From positions 31,995-95,994 of the forward strand of contig CAXMOZ010000015.1 in NCBI GenBank assembly GCA_964195315.1: a DNA stretch of 64,000 nt, in the 5' to 3' direction. This DNA comes from an uncultured Acidimicrobiia bacterium. GTDB lineage: Bacteria > Pseudomonadota > Gammaproteobacteria > GCA-001735895. The notes under the pieces are model-generated. The model did no database searches and had not been told where the DNA came from. It saw only the letters and a program-made list of their open reading frames with translations. Each line of letters opens with the position of its first letter. Positions within the stretch are counted from its first letter, which is position 1. This document shows positions 30,281 through 39,855 of the stretch, piece by piece. The translations under genes were made by a program, and so were the position numbers.

Positions 30281-30417
30281 TTGTTATCTCCGTAATTTTG
30301 TTCAGTACAAAGATAAGAATCGTATTCGAAGTTTTAGTTCAACCTGGAAATCCAGGCTATAGGTCGCGTTTCGAAAAGAATATTCTTGATCGTGTTATAA
30401 GCTTGTCAGTCATTTAA

Positions 30418-31521
30418 TTGTGTGATTTCAAATTGATTAAAAAAAGCGCTTATCTGAACATTGAACCGAAAGCTTACCACGGCGCAATCGACTTTGAAGA
30501 GATTTCAGCCCTTGGCCTAACACCAGATGAAATTGTCGATTTCAGTGTCAATAGCAACCCTTTTGGCCCTGCTTCGGCCATCGTCGAAGCGCTGCAGTCT
30601 GCCACTATATCGCGTTATCCGGATAAGGCCTGCCTGGGTTTACGTCAGGCATTAGGGCGTCAGTTTAACTTGTCTCTAGATCAAATTATGGTGGGCAATG
30701 GCACGGCCGAATTACTTTGGCTGATCGCTTTTGGCTTTATTGAAAAGACTGACAAAGTGGCAATTTTGGAACCGACATTTGGTGAGTACCGCCGAAACGC
30801 CCGATTAATGGGCGGTGAAGTTTGTCAATGGCGAGCAGTCGTAGAGAATAATTTTGAGTTGGATGAAGTTGCAATCGAACAGCTAATAGTCCAACAACGA
30901 CCCACTATTCTTCACTTGTGCAGCCCCAATAACCCAACCGGTTATCAAGTGTCAACCCAGCTACTAGAGCGATGGTCATTGTTGTCGCCAGAAACGCTAT
31001 TTGTCGTAGACGAGGCATATGCACAATTTCTACCTCAATATGAATCAGCCATGCACACCAGGTTGCCGAATGTTCTAGTATTGCGTTCGATGACAAAAGA
31101 CTACAGCCTGGCTGGTATTCGCCTGGGTTATGTGACCGGCCCAGTTGATTTGATTCGTGTACTTGAACAGCTTGCAATTCCATGGAGCGTGAATGAATTT
31201 GCGCAAATAGCAGGTATCGCAGCAATAGCAGCGCAGTCTGAGTATGAATGCATGTGGCGTGACCTACGCGATGAAGCGACTCGGTTTAAAGCGGGATTGA
31301 GGGCTTTAGGCTACAGTCCTGTTGAGTCACCCATGCACTATTTTTTAATGGAAGTAGGCGATGCTCGACATTTGCGTGAACGGCTATTGTCAGAGGGAAT
31401 TTTGGTGCGCCTTTGCGAGTCTTACTATTTACCAAACTACATTCGACTATCAACGCAGTTGCCTGAACAAAACCAACGCTTACTGGATTTACTAAAGGTC
31501 GAAAAATCATTCCAGGCGTAA
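30418..31521 (+). CDS. Threonine-phosphate decarboxylase-like PLP enzyme (CobD/CobC family, class II aminotransferase fold)
   Basis: 367-aa ORF. By-eye alignment to CobD: DFSVNSNPFGP (vs DFSANINPLG), CSPNNPTG, VLRSMTKDYSLAGIRLGY (PLP-Lys region), IPWSVNEFA. The start codon is uncertain because the track start is a TTG. Confidence 0.65.
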   Translation: MCDFKLIKKSAYLNIEPKAYHGAIDFEEISALGLTPDEIVDFSVNSNPFGPASAIVEALQSATISRYPDKACLGLRQALGRQFNLSLDQIMVGNGTAELLWLIAFGFIEKTDKVAILEPTFGEYRRNARLMGGEVCQWRAVVENNFELDEVAIEQLIVQQRPTILHLCSPNNPTGYQVSTQLLERWSLLSPETLFVVDEAYAQFLPQYESAMHTRLPNVLVLRSMTKDYSLAGIRLGYVTGPVDLIRVLEQLAIPWSVNEFAQIAGIAAIAAQSEYECMWRDLRDEATRFKAGLRALGYSPVESPMHYFLMEVGDARHLRERLLSEGILVRLCESYYLPNYIRLSTQLPEQNQRLLDLLKVEKSFQA

Positions 31522-32436
31522 ATTATCGAGGTAGATGACTCGGGATTGTTTGAGGTTACTTGCAAAAAAATTAATGTTGGCTATGTTTTTGATATCCATT
31601 TGCCGTGTCTTTGGCGCCAGAATGACATCGGAAAGATTGATAGCAATCGAGTTCCAGCCGGGTTGCAGGCGAGTTCTTTGCTGGAAACGGTCATTATATA
31701 AATAGTCACCTTGCTGATGTTGTTGGTCATGAATACGCGTAGTGATCAATAAGGGTGAATTGTCCGGTAGATAAATGCTAAACAGTACACGATCAAAGCC
31801 TTTCCAGTTGTTTGGCAAAAAGTTTAAGGACGCACCTGAATACTTGTCTGTAGTGAGCTCGATGCGAGCAGAATAACCCCCATGAGCAGTAAAGCTTTTA
31901 TCAAGTGTGATATTGCCATTAGAAGACCAGCGATTAAGCTCAAGTTTGCTTTCAAAATCTGCCAGTAGTGGAAAATTTTTTCTTGCCATTTGCTCATCGG
32001 CTAAAGTGACTAGCAGCGGATATAGCTGAATGCAAAGCAGTGCCGTGACGATTACTTTGAATTTAATGTCGAGTAATTGAGTGTTAGCCGATTTTGGACG
32101 ACGAAAAAATGCCAGGGCACTCAAGCCACCGAGTATGTTTCTGAGAATGTCTTGCCAGCCAGCTTGCCTGCCAATGAAAAACTGAATCGACTCGATGAAC
32201 ACACCGGCGACAAAACAAATGCCAACAATCCAGTAAAGTTGGTGAGCTTGTGTTAATTGCTGAAGAAACGATAAGTGCTTTAAAAGTAGAAATATCGCAA
32301 TCCCAAAAAAGGCGATATGACCTAAGTTCCACGCGATTCTAAATGATCGCGTGGGGACAATATCAGAACTGCCGGTAAAAAATAAAACGAATGAAAGAAA
32401 TAAAACTATGCCGAGTAGTAAGCTAGTTTTTCTCAT
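31507..32436 (-). CDS. VanZ-like membrane protein with a C-terminal extracytoplasmic domain of unknown function
   Basis: 309-aa ORF. The N-terminal roughly 150 aa has 4 TM helices typical of VanZ-like proteins. The C-terminal roughly 150 aa is soluble and beta-rich (…GWNSIAINLSD… NINFFASNLKQSRVIYLDNLRLE). Confidence 0.4.
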   Translation of the reverse strand: MRKTSLLLGIVLFLSFVLFFTGSSDIVPTRSFRIAWNLGHIAFFGIAIFLLLKHLSFLQQLTQAHQLYWIVGICFVAGVFIESIQFFIGRQAGWQDILRNILGGLSALAFFRRPKSANTQLLDIKFKVIVTALLCIQLYPLLVTLADEQMARKNFPLLADFESKLELNRWSSNGNITLDKSFTAHGGYSARIELTTDKYSGASLNFLPNNWKGFDRVLFSIYLPDNSPLLITTRIHDQQHQQGDYLYNDRFQQRTRLQPGWNSIAINLSDVILAPKTRQMDIKNIANINFFASNLKQSRVIYLDNLRLE

Positions 32437-32449
32437 TCAGAGTTACTCA

Positions 32450-32866
32450 TTAGCCTTCTAATTCATCGGTATCATACTGACCAGACACCTTACGACGAAT
32501 GTGTGACCACGACATACCGACCGCCAAAACACCGCTGAGAACGAACTCCACGACCCAAACTACGACCGAAGTATCGTCGAGCGCAAGAACACCCCATTCG
32601 ATCAGTAGCCAGATCAAGACAGCAAAAAAAGCTGCCGCGAGCACAGTGCCAATGGCGCCTAGTGACATCCAGGTAGCGCGTAGATACATAACCCAACCGA
32701 TCATCAGTAAAACGCCAGAACCTACTTTATATACCAGGGCAATATCTGAATTTAACCAATGTATCCAGGAATAGGTCGATGGGTTATAAGTGATCATCAC
32801 CAGAAATAAAGCGATAACAAATCTGATTAAGAAGCTGACGAGGGTGAAATTGTTCATATTTCTCAT
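32450..32866 (-). CDS. Hypothetical 4-TM membrane protein
   Basis: 138-aa hydrophobic ORF on the same strand, 13 bp downstream of the VanZ-like gene. Confidence 0.35.
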   Translation of the reverse strand: MRNMNNFTLVSFLIRFVIALFLVMITYNPSTYSWIHWLNSDIALVYKVGSGVLLMIGWVMYLRATWMSLGAIGTVLAAAFFAVLIWLLIEWGVLALDDTSVVVWVVEFVLSGVLAVGMSWSHIRRKVSGQYDTDELEG

Positions 32867-32986
32867 AGATATTGACCATCAATATTAGCCTTGTGAATTG
32901 GGCCCGAAGAGGCGATGTATAAATATAACAGGGAATACCTAGTCCGGAAAGTTGGTATTAGATCATACAGTTTTAAGCCCGTCGCA

Positions 32987-33796
32987 TTAGGTTTGGCACT
33001 TTGGACAGAAATAACTCGAGCGTTGGTTTTGCGTCATTTTTTTTATATTGGTATTGCATGCCATACAAGTACCTTTAATACCATATACCGAGAGTGATTG
33101 TGCAAAATAACCGGGCTTACCATCGACCTGGGTAAAGTCCTGAAGCGTTGTACCACCTTGTAAGATGGCAGCGCTTAAAGTGACCTTGATCTCCTTAACT
33201 AGTTTGTCGAGTCGCTTTTTACTGATGCTACCCGCTTTTCGGAATGGGTTGATGCCTGCTGAGAAGAGCGATTCGCAGGCGTAAATATTACCGACACCGG
33301 TGACATTGTGGCTATCCATAATGACTGACTTAATCGAACTGGTTTTGTTCAGGCATTTGGCTTTCAGGTGTTCGACATCGAAGCCATCGGATAAAGGCTC
33401 TGGCCCTAGGTTCTGAAGAAGGCGATGATGAAGTGGGTTGTCTTTGCAATAGAGTAAGGCGCCAAATCGCCTGGGATCTCGATACTTAAGTGACTGACCA
33501 GAGACTAATTGAATTTCGATATGTTCATGGCTTTGAGGTGGCGTATTAATTGGTTTAATTGCCATGCTGCCTGACATGCCAAGATGCCAAATCAAACTGC
33601 CCTGATCGAGTTGCATCAAAATGTATTTACCGCGTCTCGATACAGTTTGAATCAGACGACCTGCCATGTCGTTAACTTCCGGAGGTATAGGCCATCTAAG
33701 TTGATGATGTCTGACAATAAAGCGCTCGATCGTTTGGCCGCAAACGTGAGGTTCGATACCGCGCATGGTAGTTTCTACTTCGGGTAGTTCAGGCAT
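32987..33796 (-). CDS. mutM: Formamidopyrimidine-DNA glycosylase
   Basis: 269-aa ORF with an N-terminal MPELPEVE (catalytic Pro2/Glu3), an H2TH domain and a C-terminal zinc finger (CMACNTNI…CPKCQ). Confidence 0.9.
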   Translation of the reverse strand: MPELPEVETTMRGIEPHVCGQTIERFIVRHHQLRWPIPPEVNDMAGRLIQTVSRRGKYILMQLDQGSLIWHLGMSGSMAIKPINTPPQSHEHIEIQLVSGQSLKYRDPRRFGALLYCKDNPLHHRLLQNLGPEPLSDGFDVEHLKAKCLNKTSSIKSVIMDSHNVTGVGNIYACESLFSAGINPFRKAGSISKKRLDKLVKEIKVTLSAAILQGGTTLQDFTQVDGKPGYFAQSLSVYGIKGTCMACNTNIKKMTQNQRSSYFCPKCQT

Positions 33797-33954
33797 TGTC
33801 TATTAATCCGCTTTAAGGGCGTCTCTAAAAATAGTGATTTTTTCGTGAGTGCAAGGAAGCACCGCGCACAGAACCGGAGTGTACGTTAGTACATGAGGAT
33901 TTGAGCACGGTGCTGACGCTGTAATCGCGGAAAAGTGCATTTTTAGAGGTGCTC

Positions 33955-34764
33955 TTAATAGTCTTCTCTAAAAACCCAGGACAACACAACACCCGCTAAC
34001 CAGGTTGATGTTTCCGTGACTAAAGGACTGTCTGTGACCACTGAGCTTTTTAAACTATCGTAGCGAATAAAACCACCTAGCCAAAAAGCGCCGATGCGTT
34101 TGCCATAAATGAAGTCACTACGAATGCCGCTGAATCCCCCCCTGGCATTGTAGATTGCTCGGTTGGTAGTGGCAGCGGCTGGGCTTACGGTATAGAAGTA
34201 GTCATGCTTTTTGTTGCTGGCATAAAGCGGACCAGATGCAAAGCGAAGTTTCCAATCATACTTCTTTTTGGCTGGATGGAGCCAGACTAATCGTGGTTCG
34301 AATGCTGCCCCGAGATTCTGTGGACTGTTTTCCAGCGTAAAAGCAAACCTAACCGGAAGTTCAAACCAGACTTGATTTCTCTCACCCTGGAAAATATTGT
34401 AGTCTAGTGAAGGGCCAATTTCCAATGTAGCCTTGAGTCTCTCCATACCCTGACGTTCGGGATTGTCGTCATCAACTGGCAATGTGGCACCACCACTGAT
34501 GGTCAATAGCCATCCATCAGAGTCGAGAAAAATACCCTGTATGCCATTGTCGATCTTTAGCTTATCGCTGCGATAACGGACATATGGCGCAGGCAAAAAA
34601 AATGAACTAGAACGAGAAGAGCCGCGGTAGTCTGGTACGTGTAATGAGACCAATGAAATGCCCAGTTCAAACTTTGGTAGTTTGTGCTCATCAGCATTTG
34701 CGCCGAATGTTGCCAGACCAAGTGTTAGACAGGCAACGACAACGCTAGTTTGTGGAAACATCAT
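33955..34764 (-). CDS. MipA/OmpV-family outer-membrane protein
   Basis: 269-aa ORF with a signal peptide and beta-barrel composition ending …VLSWVFREDY. It has the size and pattern of MltA-interacting protein family members. Confidence 0.6.
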   Translation of the reverse strand: MMFPQTSVVVACLTLGLATFGANADEHKLPKFELGISLVSLHVPDYRGSSRSSSFFLPAPYVRYRSDKLKIDNGIQGIFLDSDGWLLTISGGATLPVDDDNPERQGMERLKATLEIGPSLDYNIFQGERNQVWFELPVRFAFTLENSPQNLGAAFEPRLVWLHPAKKKYDWKLRFASGPLYASNKKHDYFYTVSPAAATTNRAIYNARGGFSGIRSDFIYGKRIGAFWLGGFIRYDSLKSSVVTDSPLVTETSTWLAGVVLSWVFREDY

Positions 34765-35605
34765 TTTGTTTGACCGCTAGTAAGTTGTAATAATGATCTT
34801 TGTTGAAATGATATTGCAATCCAAGGTCGGGGCGCGCGAAGATAATTTCGGGTTTAATCGACATCAGAAAAAATTCAACTTCATTGCCATTATCAAGACC
34901 GGCTATTATTTTTTGAAGCGGTGCTGCTTTTTTCTTAAAACTACGAATTCGTGATGCGGGTAGTGTTTGCCAGTTTCTAATTAAGGAATTGAGTTGATCA
35001 GGGCCGGATGTGTTTTTGCTATCTTGCCATCCGCCAGTATTAGTTTGTGTGATTTCTAATGGACCTAGTTGTAGGCTGGTCAAGGCGAGAGACCGAGGTA
35101 GTAGTCTCTGATCGATTAAGTTATTTATACCGCTGGTAATAAAAGGTAAATGTAAATCTGGCAGTAAAAACACGGTTGAATGGACGAGTAAATATCGTCG
35201 CTCACCAATTTGGTTTGTGGCGCCAAAGTGGATGCGAGTATCGTTTAAACTGAGGATCGCTTTAGGGAACTGAAGCCCTATGGTTGATAGGTCGATTTCA
35301 CTCGATGGCAATTTAGAGTCGGTTTCGCTACTAGCAATGCCGAGTATTCTCTCGATCGTAATATTATTTGCCAACCAATGAATCGGTGACACGATTGCCC
35401 ATTGCCCATTAGCACGGGTCAGGTTGATATTGTCATCGGCGGTCTGGATTGATAATCGGTTGATATCTTGGAGTTTTAGCGACGTGATGCGGCTCTGTGG
35501 GTTGTATCCGGTTTCGACATCGAATCGATTGCCGATATAAGTGAACAGAATAACTAATATGATCAGAGCATAATTGATTAGCCAGCGTTTCGACATTAAT
35601 TTCAT
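34745..35605 (-). CDS. DUF4340-like protein associated with a GldG-type ABC system
   Basis: 286-aa ORF with an N-terminal TM anchor, located immediately downstream of the GldG-like gene as in conserved four-gene clusters. Confidence 0.45.
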   Translation of the reverse strand: MKLMSKRWLINYALIILVILFTYIGNRFDVETGYNPQSRITSLKLQDINRLSIQTADDNINLTRANGQWAIVSPIHWLANNITIERILGIASSETDSKLPSSEIDLSTIGLQFPKAILSLNDTRIHFGATNQIGERRYLLVHSTVFLLPDLHLPFITSGINNLIDQRLLPRSLALTSLQLGPLEITQTNTGGWQDSKNTSGPDQLNSLIRNWQTLPASRIRSFKKKAAPLQKIIAGLDNGNEVEFFLMSIKPEIIFARPDLGLQYHFNKDHYYNLLAVKQNDVSTN

Positions 35606-35626
35606 TCTATTGAAGCCTCTATCAGC

Positions 35627-37006
35627 CTAACGGCTGCGACGTTTTAGCCAGATGCGTAGTCCTAACCCAACCAAAAGTAACGGCAGTATGATCAGAAAAA
35701 CAACGGCAATAATGAGCTGTTGAGTTTGGGATAATTCGAGGCGAGTATCAGGTGCTGAACGAGGGTTAATCGATATAAGATTATCATCATGGCTCAACCA
35801 GTTAAGTAAGTTAAGGCCTAGTTCAAGGTTTGCACCGTTACCAAGGTAATTGTTTGACAGAAAATCAGCATCGCCCACCACCGCAATGCGTTGCTCCGAT
35901 GAACCTGAGCCATTTTCAATAGGCGTCGCCATTGTTGATCGAGAAAGTGTTATTCCAATATTAAGTGGCCCATTTAACTCGTCAGCATTATCACCATTGT
36001 GTATTTCACCTTTTAGCTCACCGGTTTCATTCCAACTAGATTCGTCGCTGAGCAGGAAATTAAGCGGTTGCCATTGTGTTTCATCACCGTGATATTCAAT
36101 CGCCTGTGCCTGTGGATAGAGCGACAGGCTCTCTACATTTTGGGTGATCGGGTGCCGAGGATATTGTGCTACCAGGGCGAAATCAACGCGGTCAAGTCCG
36201 AGTAACTGGCTATTTGGGTCGACAATAATGCCAGGCAAGAATTCAATAGCAAGCGCATCGGCTAAAAGATCGAGTGGGCTTATGACCGTGCCAGGATCTG
36301 CAAGCCAAAGCAGGTTGCCACCTTTCTCGATGTGGTCTTTTATTAAATCAAGTTCTCCAGGCAATAGCGCAATTTGAGGGCTGGCAATAACTAAAACATC
36401 GGTATTCTGCGGAATGCTGCTAACCTCAGTTAGGTTTAAATTTTCGATGGTATAACCTTTACTCGCCAGACGTGCCGCGAATTCACTGAAATCGTGGTTG
36501 GCTTCGCTGTATGGGTTACGCTCACCATGACCCTGTAAAAAAACAACCCAACGCTCACCCTGTCGCAACAGGCGTTGAATACTATTAGTGACACGGGACT
36601 CAGTCGCTAATGAAATCTTCTCGCTGCGGTCCTGATATTCGATAATGATCTCTGCATCTTGTCGGATATCATATTGGCGTAACAATTCGGGGTAAAGGTC
36701 AGGATTTAAGGTTTCAACCTGAATTAACCCTTGCTGATCCTGATAACGTCGAAACAACTGGTTGAGCATGCTGCCCGTTTCATTGCCCGGTGTGGCAAAA
36801 ATAGTTACTTTCAATGGTTGTTGCAATGACTGAACGAGGCGAATACTTTCTGGGGATAGACTGTTACGTGCATTTTGGGTGAGGTCGATAGAGACCGAAT
36901 ACAATTGGCTTAACCACGCCAAAATCCCCATCACTAATAAAAACAAAACCAGAAAAACAGTCGATTGTAGGCGAATTTTATTGCGCGTTGTCTTGTCCAT
37001 AATCAT
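35627..37006 (-). CDS. GldG-like ABC-transporter auxiliary component
   Basis: 459-aa ORF with N- and C-terminal TM anchors and a large periplasmic domain. Its start overlaps the permease stop by 4 nt. Confidence 0.65.
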   Translation of the reverse strand: MIMDKTTRNKIRLQSTVFLVLFLLVMGILAWLSQLYSVSIDLTQNARNSLSPESIRLVQSLQQPLKVTIFATPGNETGSMLNQLFRRYQDQQGLIQVETLNPDLYPELLRQYDIRQDAEIIIEYQDRSEKISLATESRVTNSIQRLLRQGERWVVFLQGHGERNPYSEANHDFSEFAARLASKGYTIENLNLTEVSSIPQNTDVLVIASPQIALLPGELDLIKDHIEKGGNLLWLADPGTVISPLDLLADALAIEFLPGIIVDPNSQLLGLDRVDFALVAQYPRHPITQNVESLSLYPQAQAIEYHGDETQWQPLNFLLSDESSWNETGELKGEIHNGDNADELNGPLNIGITLSRSTMATPIENGSGSSEQRIAVVGDADFLSNNYLGNGANLELGLNLLNWLSHDDNLISINPRSAPDTRLELSQTQQLIIAVVFLIILPLLLVGLGLRIWLKRRSR

Positions 37007-37752
37007 AGCAGGCGCTCTCGATCTAACTGGCGAATCGTGAGCACTAAAAAGAAGCTAATAAATATTAAGTAGTAAGCAACATCGGCAGTATTAAATACAC
37101 CTTCAAGCATGGCTTGATGATGCTGCAATAGCGAAAGGTAGGATATAACGCCCTGGCTGTCAGGCAGAGCTTCACCGATCCAGTCCATGATCCAGAGCAT
37201 GAGCAGAGCGCCAAATGTGCCGACCGCGGCAATGGTCTGGTTTTCAGTCAGGCTTGATAAATAAAGCCCGATCGCCGCGAATGAGCTAAGCAGCAACAGC
37301 ATTGAAATATAAATAGACAAGAGCTTACCAACATCGATTGCAGTGCCAATGAATAATGACAATGGCATCAGCATCAGTAAACTGACCAGGATGAGCACAA
37401 AGAAAAATATTCCGAGAAATTTTCCTAGTACAATTTCGGTCATGCTAACCGGCGATGACACGAGTAAGGTGAGTGTTTTGTTGCGTTTCTCTTCGGCAAA
37501 AGAGCGCATGGTGATGAGCGGCATAATCATCAGCAATATAATCGCAGCCAGCGAGAATAAGGGTGCAATCACAATGTCAGTGACGCCTGGCACATTGTCT
37601 AATTGCGATAACTGAGGTTGCAGCAAAAAGAAATTATCGAGTTGTGCGAGAAACATATAACCCAGCAATACTTGAATTACCGCGAGAATAATCCACGCCA
37701 ATGGTGACAGGAACAGAGTGCTGATTTCGCGTTTGGCAATAGTTAAAATCAT
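37003..37752 (-). CDS. ABC-2 type transporter permease
   Basis: 249-aa ORF with 6 predicted TM helices. Its stop overlaps the start of the gene at 35627-37006, and its start overlaps the stop of the ATPase gene (37749-38711). Confidence 0.75.
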   Translation of the reverse strand: MILTIAKREISTLFLSPLAWIILAVIQVLLGYMFLAQLDNFFLLQPQLSQLDNVPGVTDIVIAPLFSLAAIILLMIMPLITMRSFAEEKRNKTLTLLVSSPVSMTEIVLGKFLGIFFFVLILVSLLMLMPLSLFIGTAIDVGKLLSIYISMLLLLSSFAAIGLYLSSLTENQTIAAVGTFGALLMLWIMDWIGEALPDSQGVISYLSLLQHHQAMLEGVFNTADVAYYLIFISFFLVLTIRQLDRERLL

Positions 37753-38711
37753 ACTTCAGCGTGCTCTGCGTCGACTGGCGTTTCATTTACCTTTTGGTCT
37801 TGGGTAAGCTCTATAAATAGATCTTCTAATGACTGCTGGTCGGGGATTAGCTCGTATAACTCCCATTGCTGCTGCACCGATTGTTGAACAATAGCCTGTG
37901 CTGGCGACTGACCATCAAAGAATAGTTTAAAGCGATTACTGTCGATGGCCTCGACATGAGTGACCTGATTTAACTGTTTGAGATGTTCGATAGGCGGCGG
38001 CTGATTTAACCCAATGCTAATACTCTGAGTCTGGCTCAAATTTAAGGCTTCAATAGATGAATGATAAATCAGTTCACCTTGTTGAATGATTTGAACCCGA
38101 TCACAGGTGGCTTGCACTTCGGACAATATATGGGTGGATAATATAACGCTATGTTCTTGCCCCAGTGTCTTTATCAAGCTGCGAATATCGCGCATTTGAA
38201 TCGGGTCAAGGCCCACCGTAGGTTCATCCAATATTACAACCGGAGGGTTGTGGATAATGGCCTGAGCGATACCAACCCGTTGTTGGTACCCCTTCGATAA
38301 ATTGCCAATCAAACGTTGCCCAACGTCACTCAGCCCACATTGCATTTTTGAGTCATCGATTGCTTTGTTAATGGACTGTTTGTTAATGCAGCGCAATTGA
38401 GCGCAATAGCGAAGATACTCATCGACACTGGCCTCACGATAAACTGGCGGATGCTCCGGCAAATAGCCCATTTGCTGCTTTGCATCACGGGGCGAATCGA
38501 TAATGTCGAACCCATTGATGGTAACCTGGCCTTCTGAAGGCGCCAAATTACCAGTCAGAATTTGCATGGTCGTCGACTTGCCCGCGCCATTAGGCCCGAG
38601 AAAGCCTAATACTTCGCCTGCGTTCAGGTTGAAGCTGAGATTCTTTATCGCCGGGTGGTTTTGGTAATAACGGGACAGGTTTTCAACCTGCACTACAGCT
38701 GGTGATGACAT
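37749..38711 (-). CDS. ABC transporter ATP-binding protein
   Basis: 320-aa ORF with Walker A (GPNGAGKST), ABC signature (LSKGYQQRV) and Walker B (VVILDEPT). Confidence 0.9.
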   Translation of the reverse strand: MSSPAVVQVENLSRYYQNHPAIKNLSFNLNAGEVLGFLGPNGAGKSTTMQILTGNLAPSEGQVTINGFDIIDSPRDAKQQMGYLPEHPPVYREASVDEYLRYCAQLRCINKQSINKAIDDSKMQCGLSDVGQRLIGNLSKGYQQRVGIAQAIIHNPPVVILDEPTVGLDPIQMRDIRSLIKTLGQEHSVILSTHILSEVQATCDRVQIIQQGELIYHSSIEALNLSQTQSISIGLNQPPPIEHLKQLNQVTHVEAIDSNRFKLFFDGQSPAQAIVQQSVQQQWELYELIPDQQSLEDLFIELTQDQKVNETPVDAEHAEV

Positions 38712-39218
38712 ATTTTAGTTGCTTAAATTTAGCTGCCTAATGATACGTATTTATTAGTTTTATTACAGGTATCATAATTATGATGCAGCCAATATTTTAA
38801 ACATTTAATCGGTTTCTTTGCTTCCAGCTTCGAACTTTTATAATTTCTTGTATTTCGGATGATCACAATATCACAGGTCAATGCCGCCAAACTACTTTGC
38901 AGCACATCTTGCACGGTAGCTGGATTCATGACCCTGTTAAGAGAGGCTCATTTTGAGATGCTACTTCACCGAGCTAGTGTTCAACCAGTTGTGATGCAGA
39001 TGTTTTCTTCACTTTGGCATAAACTTTTGCTTTTGCCATTATCTGGTTATCTAATAAGGTTGTCAGATTTGTATTGATTTGCAATATACCAGAGTCATTT
39101 ATACGAAATTTATCAACTAATAGTTATCAATATTTGCAGGAGAAAAGCCATACTTTAGTCAGCTAGCCATCTAATCACTATTTTTCTTTTCTTTTCAAGC
39201 TAGAGGTCGAATTAGGCA

Positions 39219-39244
39219 CAAAAAAACCGGCATGAGCCGGTTTC
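39219..39244 (-). terminator. Rho-independent terminator downstream of rpmG
   Basis: On the minus strand: stem aaaccggc / gccggttt with loop, followed by uuuuuuu (rc of the a-run at 39221-39227). Confidence 0.8.
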
Positions 39245-39272
39245 TTTGAAATTAGAAAAAGAAAAATCAAAT

Positions 39273-39428
39273 TTACTTAATTTTAGCTTCCTTATATTCA
39301 ACATGCTTTCGTACAACTGGGTCATACTTTTTCATGACAAGTTTGTCAGGAGTGTTCTTCTTGTTTTTGTCGGTTGTGTAGAAATGGCCAGTGCCAGCGC
39401 TAGAAACCAGTTTGATTAAATCTCTCAT
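39273..39428 (-). CDS. rpmG: 50S ribosomal protein L33
   Basis: 51-aa [54 protein letters not shown]. The ATG (rc of cat at 39426-39428) sits inside the artefactual 158-aa track ORF. It lies 10 bp downstream of rpmB. Confidence 0.9.
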   Translation of the reverse strand: MRDLIKLVSSAGTGHFYTTDKNKKNTPDKLVMKKYDPVVRKHVEYKEAKIK

Positions 39429-39438
39429 TATATATCTC

Positions 39439-39675
39439 CTAGCACTTCTCGCCGCGCTTTCGCATATCGGCAATAACAGAATCAATACCATTTTTATCAA
39501 TGATACGCATACCCCTTGTACAAAGGCGAAGTTTGACCCAACGGTTCTCTGATTCCACCCAAAACTTATGGCTTTGCAGGTTCGGTAAAAAGCGACGACG
39601 TGTTCTGTTGTTCGCGTGTGATACGTTGTTACCGGAAACAGGTTTTTTACCTGTGACTTGACATACCCGGGACAT
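39439..39675 (-). CDS. rpmB: 50S ribosomal protein L28
   Basis: 78-aa [37 protein letters not shown]… matching L28. Confidence 0.9.
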   Translation of the reverse strand: MSRVCQVTGKKPVSGNNVSHANNRTRRRFLPNLQSHKFWVESENRWVKLRLCTRGMRIIDKNGIDSVIADMRKRGEKC

Positions 39676-39855
39676 GACTTACTCCGTCTTAAAATAGCGA
39701 CATTGCTTTCGAGGGCGCGAACTCTACCAGAACAGACCTGTCGCTTCAACCCTTAAAGGATTTAAAAAGCTCTGTTTTTCGGTCGGTTGTGGATTCCTTT
39801 TCGCGAGGGGCCAATATAAGATGTGACTCACAATTTTACAAGCTGGATTAAGTGG

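Noticed and set aside
38729-39077. Two overlapping 60-70-aa ORFs in the AT-rich gap upstream of the ABC-2 operon
   Set aside because: They are AT-rich, with no RBS and no similarity. The region is treated as non-coding.
39273-39749. 158-aa minus-strand ORF from the track spanning the rpmB/rpmG region
   Set aside because: It is an artefactual read-through frame starting at a TTG. Its C-terminal 51 aa are the genuine L33 (rpmG, 39273-39428), and its upstream part runs out of frame across rpmB. I replaced it with rpmG plus the separately listed 78-aa rpmB ORF.
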